DNA from: a virus
Lineage: Duplodnaviria; Heunggongvirae; Uroviricota; Caudoviricetes
DNA: 17,112 nucleotides
Strand: one strand, 5' to 3'
Virus record (IMG/VR): IMGVR_UViG_2541047699_000018
This document shows, in pieces, positions 1 to 8,624 of the stretch. The position numbers and the translations under genes are program-made. How positions within the stretch are numbered: position 1 is the first letter of the stretch; every line of letters starts with the position of its first letter. Under the pieces are notes generated by a model, which saw only the letters and a program-made list of their open reading frames with translations, ran no database searches and was not told the DNA's origin.

Positions 1-714
1 TCAATAATCAAGCCCTTGCCTGGATACATATCTGTCTGGCGGGAAGCCATAATAGCGGTGAAATACAGAAATAAAGTAGGACCTGCTTGAATAACCGCAT
101 TTTTCTGCTATAGCCTGTCCATATCCATGCCGGGAACATAACATATTTACAGCAACACGCATCCGCTCTTCCAGCAACAAGCGACTGAACATGCCCCCTT
201 CATTTTTCAGTTTTGTCTTTAACAAACTCTCACTCATATGCAACTGTAGAGCAATCGCACCAAGCGTCCAGCTTGCTGATATATCTGTCTGAATTATCGC
301 CCTGACTTTGGCACTTATGCTGGATAAACATCCACTTAAAAACAATGACATCCGTTCATCTGTTTCAAACAGAGACAGGCAGGCCATCATAAGAAACATA
401 TCCGTGGCCTCTCCGGAAAATCCCTGGCTGGTAATTAAAGCCGCAGCCAACGCAGGATTGTTGGGTTCCAGCAACAGGTAAAGCGGAATGTCAGTCAGAC
501 GAGTCCTCGTCAGCTTATGCTGACTTTCCAGATATTGACTTACGACGGATTCGCTTATATCGACAATTTTAACTTTGCCATAATGCATAAGGAAAAGCTC
601 CCTGATGCATTTGGTGGCCAGAACAACTGAGCCTGGCTTAAGTGACAACGTATCCTTTTCAAGAAAAATATTAATTGGGGAGCAAACCATGATAACTGAA
701 CAGACAACAGCCAT
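1..714 (-). CDS. AraC-family transcriptional regulator, AppY/YdeO/GadX-like subgroup
   Basis: Complete 237-aa ORF. C-terminal AraC-type HTH region (ESLLKTKLKNEGGMFSRLLLEERM ... IAEKCGYSSRSYFISVFHRYYGFPP) and N-terminus MAVVCSVIMVCSP resemble my recollection of AppY/YdeO. Stop codon sits at positions 1-3. Confidence 0.85.
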   Translation of the reverse strand: MAVVCSVIMVCSPINIFLEKDTLSLKPGSVVLATKCIRELFLMHYGKVKIVDISESVVSQYLESQHKLTRTRLTDIPLYLLLEPNNPALAAALITSQGFSGEATDMFLMMACLSLFETDERMSLFLSGCLSSISAKVRAIIQTDISASWTLGAIALQLHMSESLLKTKLKNEGGMFSRLLLEERMRVAVNMLCSRHGYGQAIAEKCGYSSRSYFISVFHRYYGFPPDRYVSRQGLDY

Positions 715-835
715 TATAATTTTACTTTCATTAGCAATTGGTTAGCTCAATTATAGCCCCAAAAGGTAAATTATCATCAACACATAAGCAAAGGACTGAC
801 AGGTGTCGCCCCCCCACCAGCCGCCCATTCACCAC

Positions 836-862
836 AAATAAAAAGCCTTCAGGACTGAAGGC
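836..862 (-). terminator. Intrinsic terminator for leftward transcription
   Basis: Minus strand reads gccttca-gtcc-tgaaggc (7-bp GC-containing stem, 4-nt loop) followed by TTTTTATTTG; overlaps the stop codon of the 65-aa ORF. Confidence 0.5.
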
Positions 863-1046
863 GTCTGTAACAACCGCACTGATAGTCTGCCAGACCCGCC
901 ATAACCAGCTGGGTCAGTATTAACTGGCAGCGTTCGCGTGAAAGGTAAGTATTCTGCGCAATCTCCCCGACTGTCGCCGGTTCGGTGACGCTTAATTCAT
1001 TAAACACCACTCTGGCGGTTTCTGTCATATCCTGCTGTTTCAGCAT
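849..1046 (-). CDS. Small winged-helix DNA-binding protein, possibly PapI/FaeA-like
   Basis: 65-aa ORF with HTH-like segment TVGEIAQNTYLSRERCQLILTQLVMAGLA. Bracketed by terminators on both sides. Only a weak SD (aaggg) upstream. Confidence 0.45.
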   Translation of the reverse strand: MLKQQDMTETARVVFNELSVTEPATVGEIAQNTYLSRERCQLILTQLVMAGLADYQCGCYRRLQS

Positions 1047-1168
1047 GTCTTTTTACCCTTTTCGGTTAACGTGACACACCAATAACTCTTGTCGAAAAAG
1101 CCAGCAAGCTGAAAGACAGGTATTCACCGCCACCAGCACGTTTACTGTACTGGACCGATTTCAGCCAT

Positions 1169-1193
1169 AAAAAAACCCGCTCGCGGCGGGTTT
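1169..1193 (-). terminator. Intrinsic terminator downstream of the Q gene
   Basis: cccgc-tcgcg-gcggg hairpin at 1176-1190; on the minus strand it is followed by a run of 7 T (plus-strand A-run 1169-1175), about 70-95 bp past the Q stop. Confidence 0.6.
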
Positions 1194-1261
1194 AAGCTGT
1201 GTGGCGAAGTAACCACTCTTAACATACTGACATACTTTTTGCGGACCGCACTAATCATTTT

Positions 1262-1657
1262 TTACTTTTTTAGCAGCCAGTCGTCCATCTCCAGTCTTAC
1301 CCCCAGCACAGACAAACATCCGTCAATAAACCCTTCGGCTATCTGCATCTCAATTCGTATTGCTTTTTCGCTTTTCTTTCTCGTCCTGGCTATCTGTCTT
1401 TTTGATATTCGCAACAAATAATGAGCAATGAGAAGCGAATACTCCTCAGGTTTTTTCTGCTTCAGACGAGCAAGACAGTTTTCAATGATAAGTCCGTCAT
1501 CATCGCAGCAGGCCGGACGTGGTTTAGTGGCAGATGGTAAAAGTCCTTTGAATCCGGCAGCGATCGGAGAATAGTCCACCCCGGTGTTACCACTTGCAGC
1601 CCATGCCCCCCAGCGTTCAAGAACCATCTGAATATCACGCATCAACTTTCTCCACAA
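1262..1657 (-). CDS. Late-gene antiterminator Q (phage 82 / QuuD-like family)
   Basis: N-terminus MRDIQMVLERWGAWAA, CCDDD motif and C-terminal RLEMD match my recollection of QuuD-type Q proteins. True start may be the internal ATG at 1642. Start overlaps the upstream gene stop. Confidence 0.8.
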   Translation of the reverse strand: MWRKLMRDIQMVLERWGAWAASGNTGVDYSPIAAGFKGLLPSATKPRPACCDDDGLIIENCLARLKQKKPEEYSLLIAHYLLRISKRQIARTRKKSEKAIRIEMQIAEGFIDGCLSVLGVRLEMDDWLLKK

Positions 1658-1659
1658 AA

Positions 1660-2655
1660 TCAGGACAGCACACCAATCGCCAGCGCGCGATCGATAAAAC
1701 GAAATATCAGCTCCAGTTGGGAACCATACTTCTCTTCAAATGCCACGGTATCCGCATGCAGTTCGTCATGGTGTTTTCTGCACAAAGGCAACACAAAAAG
1801 GTCATGCGCTTTTGTACCCATTCCACCCTGACCATGACCAATCAGGTGATGAGGATCGTCGGCTGGCTTACCACAACATGCACACGGCTGCGTCTTAACC
1901 CAGCGCGTGTACTTTTCATTAACCCAGCGGCGACGTTTTGGGCGTAACATAAAAGACTCCGGCGACTCCGGATCCACTTTCAGCGCCAGCACCTTTTTCG
2001 CCTTATCCTGGATGATGCTGGTGGCAGGAACCGAAGGCACAAGGTCACTTTCCCGGGTGACAGACGGCACAACAGGCTTCGGTAATCTCAGTGCCTTACG
2101 GGCTGCACTTTCCGGTAAGGCATCCGCCAGGTCATTACGAATCAGCCACCAGCACAGTTCCGGCATTGTCACAACGTGACTGTCATCAAAACCAAGATCA
2201 CGGCGCACAACAGACAACACCCAGCGGGCACAGTTATCCGTTGCCATTGCTTCCAGCCGTTCCGTGAACTGGTCACGGAGAAGATTGTCACAGTGCCAGC
2301 ACAGACGGATTGCGCCTGGCGCGTGCCGCATTGTGGTCATGTTCTCGCTGTGCCAGTCGGAATGAGGCCACTGACAGCCTTTTTCACGAAGTAACCAGCT
2401 CTCAAGGCATTCCACGCCACCAGCACGACGGATCACCGCCTCATGGCGGAACACGGCCCGAACGGCAGGATCATCCGCCAGCGGTTGTGATGCTGCCGGA
2501 ACGGCACCACTGGCAAAAGATGAATAACGTTCCGGCTCAGGCTCCAGCAGGACACGCCCCTGCATAAACAGGGGCATCAGCTCTGAACCGGGTCTGAACA
2601 AGACGATCCCCATACGCGGGGCAATTTCAGGGGTCAGCAGTGCTCTCACGGTCAC
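1660..2655 (-). CDS. DUF968-like protein with HNH-like Cys/His cluster (YdfU-like)
   Basis: 331-aa ORF. C-terminal motif CACCGKPADDPHHLIGHGQGGMGTKAHDLFVLPLCRKHHDELH. GTG start at 2655 has a poor SD, so the true start is uncertain. Confidence 0.65.
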   Translation of the reverse strand: MTVRALLTPEIAPRMGIVLFRPGSELMPLFMQGRVLLEPEPERYSSFASGAVPAASQPLADDPAVRAVFRHEAVIRRAGGVECLESWLLREKGCQWPHSDWHSENMTTMRHAPGAIRLCWHCDNLLRDQFTERLEAMATDNCARWVLSVVRRDLGFDDSHVVTMPELCWWLIRNDLADALPESAARKALRLPKPVVPSVTRESDLVPSVPATSIIQDKAKKVLALKVDPESPESFMLRPKRRRWVNEKYTRWVKTQPCACCGKPADDPHHLIGHGQGGMGTKAHDLFVLPLCRKHHDELHADTVAFEEKYGSQLELIFRFIDRALAIGVLS

Positions 2656-2701
2656 CTCAGCGAACGGTATTGCATGAACGCAGGAGAAAAAAATTCAGCC
2701 A

Positions 2702-2959
2702 TCACGCAGTAAACTCCTTCACCAGCGTTTCAAACTGGCTTACCTGTCCTTCCAGTTCCGCCACGCAATCCACCAGCTCATCCACCGCCTTTTGTGTGCG
2801 GTGTTTTGCCTGCAGCAGATCACTAAGCGCCGGAGTAAGCTGCTTGCGGAGCGTATCTTTTTTCACGCTCGTTTTTTCCATCTGTTCAGCACAACGAAGC
2901 ATCTCCTGCGCCTGCCGACGAAGTTGTTCCGGTGAAACAGTGATTGTTCTGTTGTTCAA
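2702..2959 (-). CDS. Hypothetical phage protein, coiled-coil-like
   Basis: 85-aa ORF whose start overlaps the DnaB-like stop (4-bp overlap), within the coupled leftward operon. Confidence 0.5.
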   Translation of the reverse strand: MNNRTITVSPEQLRRQAQEMLRCAEQMEKTSVKKDTLRKQLTPALSDLLQAKHRTQKAVDELVDCVAELEGQVSQFETLVKEFTA

Positions 2960-4356
2960 AATAAACGCTCCGTTTTACTGCCCGACATGCGGTTATTGCT
3001 GTATCTGCGCGGATTGCCCGGCGTCATGGGTGTGGAAAGAACCCGGGCACTCTCCTGGTCCACAGGCAGAAAATGTCCGTTATGAAAACGCCGGTAAATG
3101 GTCCCGAGCGTGCCATTACGCTGTTTCGTGATGTTGATTTCTGCTATGCCTCTGGCCTGAGTTTCCGGGTTGTATACCTCATCCCTGTAAAGCATCAGAA
3201 TGATGTCGGCATCCGCCTCGATTTCCCCGGAGTTTTTCAGGTCCGAGTTCATTGGGCGTTTATTGGGTCTGGATTCCACGCCGCGGGAGAGCTGGCTCAG
3301 AGCAATCAGCGGAAAACCGCCGGATTTTGCCAGGCTTTTAAGTCCCTTTGAGATTTCCCCCACCGCAAGGTCGTGACGCCCCGTGCTGCGGGTTTTAATC
3401 AGGCCGAGGTAATCGACCACCACCAGCGCCGTTTCCGGGTGTTTCATCCGGTGGTGCTTCGTGGTTGCACATATCTCATCAATGGTCAGGTTTGCCTGGT
3501 CCACCATCCAGATATTACGCCCCGTCATTCGTCCCACGCCCTGCGAGAAACGCGCCCAGTCTTCATCTTCAAAACGGGCAACAGACTTAAGACGGGATAC
3601 CGGCATTCCACCGGCAGCAGACACCATACGTTCACCAATCTGGATGTTCGCCATCTCCATGGTGAACAGAAGCACGCCATGCCCCTGCTCAGTCACCTTG
3701 TCGATGATGTCCAGCGCAAGTTCGGTTTTCCCCATCGAAGGACGGGCGGCAATGAATACCAGGTCTCCGGGCTCCATACCGCCCGTTTTTGCGTCCAGTT
3801 CATCAATACCGGTCATCAGCGCCCTGGATTTCTCCAGTCCCTGATTGCGGCATTCAACACGGTCGACCACTTCCGGAAGGACATCATCAATGTGAACCGG
3901 CTGAATGACGCCCTTTCCGGTCGACAGTGAGGCCATCATGTTCTGCGCATCCTTCAGGGCATCCTCGGCTGCTTCACAGGTATACGCATCACGTAAATTC
4001 TGTAATGCTTCAGTCAGTGTTTTTTCTGCATCACGCAGTGCGGCATTGCGCCGCAACGCTGCGACATAGTGCTCCAGTGAAGACTTCACCCAGGTTTTGC
4101 GTCCGGTGTCGGTAATCACCGGGGCAAGTTCCGGCATCTCATTGCACAGCAGTACGGGGTCAATGACGCCGGATATGCGAGCCTGTCTGCAAATCCCCGC
4201 GTAAATATCCCGGTACTGACGCACAAAAAATACATCCGCCGGAAGTGTGGCCAGAATATCCATCACTTCCGGATCGGCCCCACGCAGAAAAAACGCACCG
4301 ATGACAGCGCCTTCCAGGTCATCGTTACGCCATGCCGGGGTGTTCTGGCTGGTCAT
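2956..4356 (-). CDS. Replicative DNA helicase, DnaB-like
   Basis: 466-aa ORF with Walker A (ARPSMGKTELALD), DnaB-type motifs (VVVDYLGLI, SQLSRGVESR) and the expected N-terminal domain. Confidence 0.9.
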   Translation of the reverse strand: MTSQNTPAWRNDDLEGAVIGAFFLRGADPEVMDILATLPADVFFVRQYRDIYAGICRQARISGVIDPVLLCNEMPELAPVITDTGRKTWVKSSLEHYVAALRRNAALRDAEKTLTEALQNLRDAYTCEAAEDALKDAQNMMASLSTGKGVIQPVHIDDVLPEVVDRVECRNQGLEKSRALMTGIDELDAKTGGMEPGDLVFIAARPSMGKTELALDIIDKVTEQGHGVLLFTMEMANIQIGERMVSAAGGMPVSRLKSVARFEDEDWARFSQGVGRMTGRNIWMVDQANLTIDEICATTKHHRMKHPETALVVVDYLGLIKTRSTGRHDLAVGEISKGLKSLAKSGGFPLIALSQLSRGVESRPNKRPMNSDLKNSGEIEADADIILMLYRDEVYNPETQARGIAEINITKQRNGTLGTIYRRFHNGHFLPVDQESARVLSTPMTPGNPRRYSNNRMSGSKTERLF

Positions 4357-5261
4357 GCGGCAACACCTCCGATACGAGAACGGTAGCTGGGCCAGTTAAA
4401 CGACAACCAGTTGCGCCCGCCATCGGTGATCCTGTCGGCAATCCGGGGACTGATGAACGCCCACAATTCTTCCGGTGAAAGGTTGCTGATCAGGATAGTT
4501 GGCAAAATACCCTCATACCGGGCATTGATAATTTCCTGCAAAATGGCCATTTCAGCCGCACTGCCAAACTGAACGCCGACTTCGTCGACAATCAGCAAAT
4601 CCAGTGACGCATAATGCTCAATGACGTCATCCGCTGTTTTTTCACTGTCATTCCGCCAGCAGTTTTTCACAGCCCGGGTAAGGCGCATCACGTCGGTGAT
4701 CTCCACACTGGCCAGATAGTTACGGATGATGTGTTTTGCCATTGATACCGCCAGATGATTTTTCCCGGTACCGCAACTGCCGGTCATAACAAGACTGGTA
4801 CCGTTCTCCAGCATATCTGGCCAGTTCTCCGCATAGCGGCGACAGGCCGCAAGATTTCTGGCTGCGTCAGGATTAACCTCCAGATAATTATCAAACTCGC
4901 AGTCCCGAAAACGCAGAGCAATTCCGGCGTTATCAGTCAGTTCTTCCGCCTTGAGGGACGACAGTTCCATGGTCAAATCACTGGCCTCAGCGATCAAGCA
5001 GTCAGGGCAGCATGAAATTTTTTCTCTGTCCTCGCCATTACGATCGATCCACACCAGTATATGCGTACGATATTTACCGTGTTTTTCGCAATATCCGCGA
5101 CCTTCACGCATCAGGCAGGAACGATAAGGCCATGGCTTTTCGCCCTTCTGAGCAAATGCAATCTCTGCCCGTAACTCATCCATTTCTGCCCGTAACTCAT
5201 CCATTCGCGCCTGTAGTCTTGTTTGTTTCTCACGTTGGTCAATCGTCATCATCGCTGTCAC
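4353..5261 (-). CDS. DnaC/IstB-like helicase loader ATPase
   Basis: 302-aa ORF with Walker A GSCGTGKNHLA and Walker B LLIVDEVG. N-terminal Cys cluster (C...C...CC..C). Start overlaps nothing upstream but its stop region overlaps the DnaB-like start. Confidence 0.85.
   Translation of the reverse strand: MTAMMTIDQREKQTRLQARMDELRAEMDELRAEIAFAQKGEKPWPYRSCLMREGRGYCEKHGKYRTHILVWIDRNGEDREKISCCPDCLIAEASDLTMELSSLKAEELTDNAGIALRFRDCEFDNYLEVNPDAARNLAACRRYAENWPDMLENGTSLVMTGSCGTGKNHLAVSMAKHIIRNYLASVEITDVMRLTRAVKNCWRNDSEKTADDVIEHYASLDLLIVDEVGVQFGSAAEMAILQEIINARYEGILPTILISNLSPEELWAFISPRIADRITDGGRNWLSFNWPSYRSRIGGVAA
5164..5205. repeat. Perfect 21-bp tandem duplication inside the DnaC-like gene
   Basis: tctgcccgtaactcatccatt occurs twice in tandem (5164-5184 and 5185-5205); encodes the in-frame repeat MDELRAE-MDELRAE. 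Confidence 0.9.
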
Positions 5262-5262
5262 C

Positions 5263-6255
5263 TCAGAATGTCAATTTGTTACTGGATTTACCGAATTTGT
5301 CAGACATGGCTCCCAGGCCAGCCAGGACATCGACCTGTCGCTGTCGCCCACCTCCGTGAGCGGCTGGCTGTTGCCAGTAATCTTCGAAGTGACGATCGGG
5401 TCCAAAGAACGTCGCAGCCTGCTTCACGAACTGTGTGCCGGTATTTCCTGTAGCACGTACCCAGGCGGCATACCGCTTCACGCCATCAAGCATGGTCTCC
5501 GGTTTTATTCCCTCCCTGATACGGGCTTTCCAGGCTTTGAAGGCTGCTGACTTGGAATTGCCACCAGCACGTTTGGGATATTCCTGCCAGGCCTGTTCAA
5601 ATTCCGGTGAATATTCCTGTCGGGCAGAACGCGCTGGCGCAGACGCGTCAGCGGATGCATCAATAGTGTTTTTAGTCTCCGTTGTAATCTCTGTAGTAAT
5701 CTCTGTATTTGTATCAACATTCGGCGTATCCCCTGTTCCGTTATGACGTCGGGGGGTGTTCCGTTTTAACGTAATAGCTGTATCGCTGATTGCATTATTG
5801 CTGTTACTTTCTGGCGAAACAGAAGAAGGTGTGGTGATGGCCGCAATTGCCTGTGGGTTGATCCCGACAAACAAAATATTGCTGCATTTCACCCCATCGA
5901 GCATTTCCACCGTGCGTAAATCCAGAGTAATAAACCCTGCATCGCGCAGACGCTTCAGCGCATCTGCGGTTTCCCTTTTCCCGAAACCAAACTGCTCAGC
6001 AAACGCCTGGTAGCTTCTTTGCAGTTTGTCGCCCTGAAAACGCTTGCGATATCCCAACAACGCTCCGGTGTGCTCATCCCTGACCTCTGTCGGGCGGTAC
6101 CAGTAAACGATCTCTGAAAGCAGAGCGATAGCCGTCGCATCCGGACGCCCACTGGGTAGTCGAATATATTTCCACCAGTTCGCAGGTGTAACATTGCCGG
6201 AAATATTAATTTGACCAATAGCCATAACTTCCGGTGTGGGGGCGTAACGGCTCAT
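5263..6255 (-). CDS. Phage replication initiator / replisome organiser (O-like)
   Basis: 330-aa ORF. C-terminal region (EFEQAWQEYPKRAGGNSKSAAFKAWKARI ... FEDYW) fits the conserved phage replication-protein C-terminus as I recall it. Directly upstream of the DnaC-like and DnaB-like genes. Confidence 0.7.
   Translation of the reverse strand: MSRYAPTPEVMAIGQINISGNVTPANWWKYIRLPSGRPDATAIALLSEIVYWYRPTEVRDEHTGALLGYRKRFQGDKLQRSYQAFAEQFGFGKRETADALKRLRDAGFITLDLRTVEMLDGVKCSNILFVGINPQAIAAITTPSSVSPESNSNNAISDTAITLKRNTPRRHNGTGDTPNVDTNTEITTEITTETKNTIDASADASAPARSARQEYSPEFEQAWQEYPKRAGGNSKSAAFKAWKARIREGIKPETMLDGVKRYAAWVRATGNTGTQFVKQAATFFGPDRHFEDYWQQPAAHGGGRQRQVDVLAGLGAMSDKFGKSSNKLTF
5684..5707. repeat. Perfect 12-bp tandem duplication in the initiator linker
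   Basis: gtaatctctgta twice in tandem (5684-5695 and 5696-5707); encodes the TEITTEITTE linker in a locally AT-rich stretch. Confidence 0.85.
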
Positions 6256-6551
6256 ACAACCTCCTTCCGCGGCATGAGAATTGTGTAGCCACGCGCAGGT
6301 TGTAGTCTGGCTTTTGCATCAATAGTAAGCGTTGCAATTTTTCGGATATGAAGATAACCAGCTCTTTCCAGTGCCAGGGTTTCCCTGAATATCGCTTGCT
6401 TAGAACAACAGCAGAAATCAGCAAGCACCTGATGATCAATAACTCTCTCGCCTTCACCGTCTGAAGAACCCGACATCAAAACACGCAACATAATTAGGCG
6501 CTGAATCGGGTTATCGAAAGCACATCCGCACACAAACTGAAAACAGTTCAC
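6252..6551 (-). CDS. Hypothetical protein, possible winged-helix DNA-binding
   Basis: 99-aa ORF; 4-bp overlaps with both neighbours. Confidence 0.5.
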   Translation of the reverse strand: MNCFQFVCGCAFDNPIQRLIMLRVLMSGSSDGEGERVIDHQVLADFCCCSKQAIFRETLALERAGYLHIRKIATLTIDAKARLQPARGYTILMPRKEVV

Positions 6552-6772
6552 GCCACACCTCCCAGACGCTTAAACATTTTTCCAGACAGAAATACCGCCA
6601 GAGGGTAACTGATGGTGTAGCTACGCCCCTGTAGTTCGCACACGACTTTCTGGCTTTCAGCGTTGACTAGGCAAACCCGCAGAACGTGACCGTTGCTGGT
6701 GGCGAACCACTGCCCCACACGGGGGCAACGGTTGTATCGGTGATACAGGGAATTAACGATGTGGCGGATCAT
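6548..6772 (-). CDS. Hypothetical protein
   Basis: 74-aa ORF translationally coupled on both sides. Confidence 0.45.
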   Translation of the reverse strand: MIRHIVNSLYHRYNRCPRVGQWFATSNGHVLRVCLVNAESQKVVCELQGRSYTISYPLAVFLSGKMFKRLGGVA

Positions 6773-6963
6773 GGACGCACCTCCACCGTAGTTACGTATT
6801 TAACCGGGCTACCTTTCATTGAGATGGTTTCACACATCTCTGCCGCTTTCAGTTCCGCTGTTTTTCTGGATTTATAGCGACGGTGCCAGACAGATACATC
6901 CGTGCGAACTGATACATCGTTTCTGTATTCCGTAGTGGAGATGATGATTTCGTAACTAATCAT
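6769..6963 (-). CDS. Hypothetical protein
   Basis: 64-aa ORF translationally coupled on both sides. Confidence 0.45.
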   Translation of the reverse strand: MISYEIIISTTEYRNDVSVRTDVSVWHRRYKSRKTAELKAAEMCETISMKGSPVKYVTTVEVRP

Positions 6964-7511
6964 GGGCGAACCTCCTTGTCAGAACCATTCAGCCTGGAAT
7001 CAACAAGTGCAGCGCCAAAAACAGCATCACCAACACGGTCGTACAGTTTGCTAGCCAGCGGAGATTCAACGGCCTTAAGCATTGGATAAAGCTGGCTTGT
7101 CCAGATTTGATGGATTTCACGCAAATGCAGGTATACGCCTCTGGCGTTTCGTGCGACAGCTGACATATCAACCGCGTCAGCACCAGATAAATTCTTCTCC
7201 ATCTGGTTAAAGGCGTTGATGTATGCCTCTTTGAACCGGGCTGCACGTTTGCCAGTAAAGCCCATAGCAAGGAACGCGAAGCCATCGCGGGTGATTTGAT
7301 AGCAAGGTAGTTTGCGGCCTGTGCAATCGGTGTAATCACTGGGCTGAAAATTCAGCTCAGTGAATTCAACAGAGCACTCAAGCGTCTGGATTTTTTGAAT
7401 AACGTTTTTGTGCTGCTTGCAGAAATATTCGGCAACGACCAAAGAAGAGGTAACAGCCTTCCCATGGATAACATCAATTTTAGGGTGAGTTTGGGTAGGG
7501 GTGGTTGCCAT
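6960..7511 (-). CDS. Phage regulatory protein, Rha family
   Basis: Rha signature KAVTSSLVVAEYFCKQHKNVIQKIQTL and DGFAFLAMGFTGKRAARFKEAYINAFNQME. Start chosen at ATG 7511 (SD gagga 8 nt upstream); the ORF is open to 7808 but that start has no SD. Confidence 0.7.
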   Translation of the reverse strand: MATTPTQTHPKIDVIHGKAVTSSLVVAEYFCKQHKNVIQKIQTLECSVEFTELNFQPSDYTDCTGRKLPCYQITRDGFAFLAMGFTGKRAARFKEAYINAFNQMEKNLSGADAVDMSAVARNARGVYLHLREIHQIWTSQLYPMLKAVESPLASKLYDRVGDAVFGAALVDSRLNGSDKEVRP

Positions 7512-7522
7512 AGTGACATCCT

Positions 7523-7728
7523 CATGTGCGAATTTTGAAAACTCACCACATGGGACGCCAATCACAGAGGTGGTGAGACGTACAGGGTTGGCGTAACCGG
7601 TCGCACATGACCCCGGCGCATCTTTCGATGCCCCTGCACGCCCCACCATAATTTGGATGTGAGGAAACGTGCGCAAAAAAACCGCTGAAGCGCGGTTATG
7701 CGCATGTGCGAATTTCAGGACGCCAATC
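7523..7728. repeat. Direct repeats catgtgcgaattt ... ggacgccaatc (two copies)
   Basis: Copy A at 7523-7563 (with a 17-bp insert) overlaps the Rha start/SD region; copy B at 7703-7728 is contiguous. Confidence 0.6.
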
Positions 7729-7893
7729 CCGGCACCCGCTTTATAAGGTGCGGAGACAGTGTAACGTCCCGAAATTGCAGAATCAATATTTGGTCTTGAA
7801 ATGATCATATAGCTGCTGATATCTTTAGAACTGTTCTTGGATGTTTCGGAGCCGTTTTATGCGAAACAGCTCCCCGTTATTGATGTTGAGTGA

Positions 7894-7917
7894 GCCGGGT
7901 TACTCCCGGCTTTTTTT
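7894..7917 (+). terminator. Intrinsic terminator oriented for the plus strand
   Basis: gccggg-ttact-cccggc followed by TTTTTTT on the plus strand, overlapping the stop of the minus-strand Rha-like gene. Confidence 0.5.
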
Positions 7918-8624
7918 CACCGCTGCCAACCAATAACCTGAAATAACCCCATTTTCGGGTGATACCAGCGAGTCCCTCGCGGTTCTGCTTCCTCCATAAC
8001 CCGATAAAAAGCAGCCATAAACGGTTCCACAGCAACAATTGCGCGACGTGACAACAATCCGTCCGGCGTCATGAACTCATGGGTGTCTGTAGGAATCTGA
8101 TAGGCGTTCACCAGATTGCGGCATTTATCATCTGACAAACCGGTTTTTGCTTTCAGTTGGCGATATCCGGCATAGCCCTCACGAATAGTGCCCTTTTTAA
8201 TTTGCTCGACTGTTTCAGCAACGTGGCTGACTTTTTCTTCCACCTGAGTGATCCGTTTCTGCTGACGAACTGCTTCAAGAGCCATCGCGGCAACCATTTC
8301 GATTTCGCTCATTGGCTTACGGATCTGTTCTTCCAGTTCGCGCCAGCGATCTACCAGGCGAGCAGTGAATTCAGGACAGAGCTGTGCGACGACAATGATG
8401 CTGTCGCGCTTACCTTGTTCTCCTTCAAACAGGTAATGCTCATATTGAACTTTAAAACCTAAGTTATTGATTCTTTCGGAAACCTCAATTTGAGGAGACC
8501 GGACAACGCCACCTTTGGCTAATGTTTCAATAGTGCGTTTCACATTGTCATGACGTTTACCCACCAGCTCTGCGATCTCAACGCTGGTCATGGATGCTTT
8601 GCCGTTAAAAATTGCGGTGTTCAT
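7917..8624 (-). CDS. Rha-family-like phage regulatory protein
   Basis: 235-aa ORF. N-terminal motif TSVEIAELVGKRHDNVKRTIETL. Strong SD (aggaga) before ATG 8624. Confidence 0.7.
   Translation of the reverse strand: MNTAIFNGKASMTSVEIAELVGKRHDNVKRTIETLAKGGVVRSPQIEVSERINNLGFKVQYEHYLFEGEQGKRDSIIVVAQLCPEFTARLVDRWRELEEQIRKPMSEIEMVAAMALEAVRQQKRITQVEEKVSHVAETVEQIKKGTIREGYAGYRQLKAKTGLSDDKCRNLVNAYQIPTDTHEFMTPDGLLSRRAIVAVEPFMAAFYRVMEEAEPRGTRWYHPKMGLFQVIGWQR

Noticed and set aside
1047-1261. Late promoter with leader RNA and terminator downstream of Q
   Set aside because: The only strong hairpin is about 75-90 bp past the Q stop, too close for the lambda-type arrangement, and I could not identify a convincing promoter by eye; left as a simple terminator.
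3073-4115. Plus-strand ORFs of 62-185 aa inside the DnaB-like gene (3073..3351, 3373..3930, 3461..3844, 3927..4115)
   Set aside because: They are antisense to a strongly supported helicase gene and their products are His/Arg/Ser-rich low-complexity sequences typical of antisense frames.
5164-7728. CRISPR array
   Set aside because: The repeats seen are two-copy tandem duplications inside genes and one pair of direct repeats; there is no regularly spaced repeat-spacer array anywhere in the window.
6960-7808. Extended 282-aa version of the Rha gene starting at 7808
   Set aside because: The start at 7808 has no SD and would place the Rha domain 110 residues into the protein; the internal ATG at 7511 has a good SD and gives a normal Rha N-terminus.
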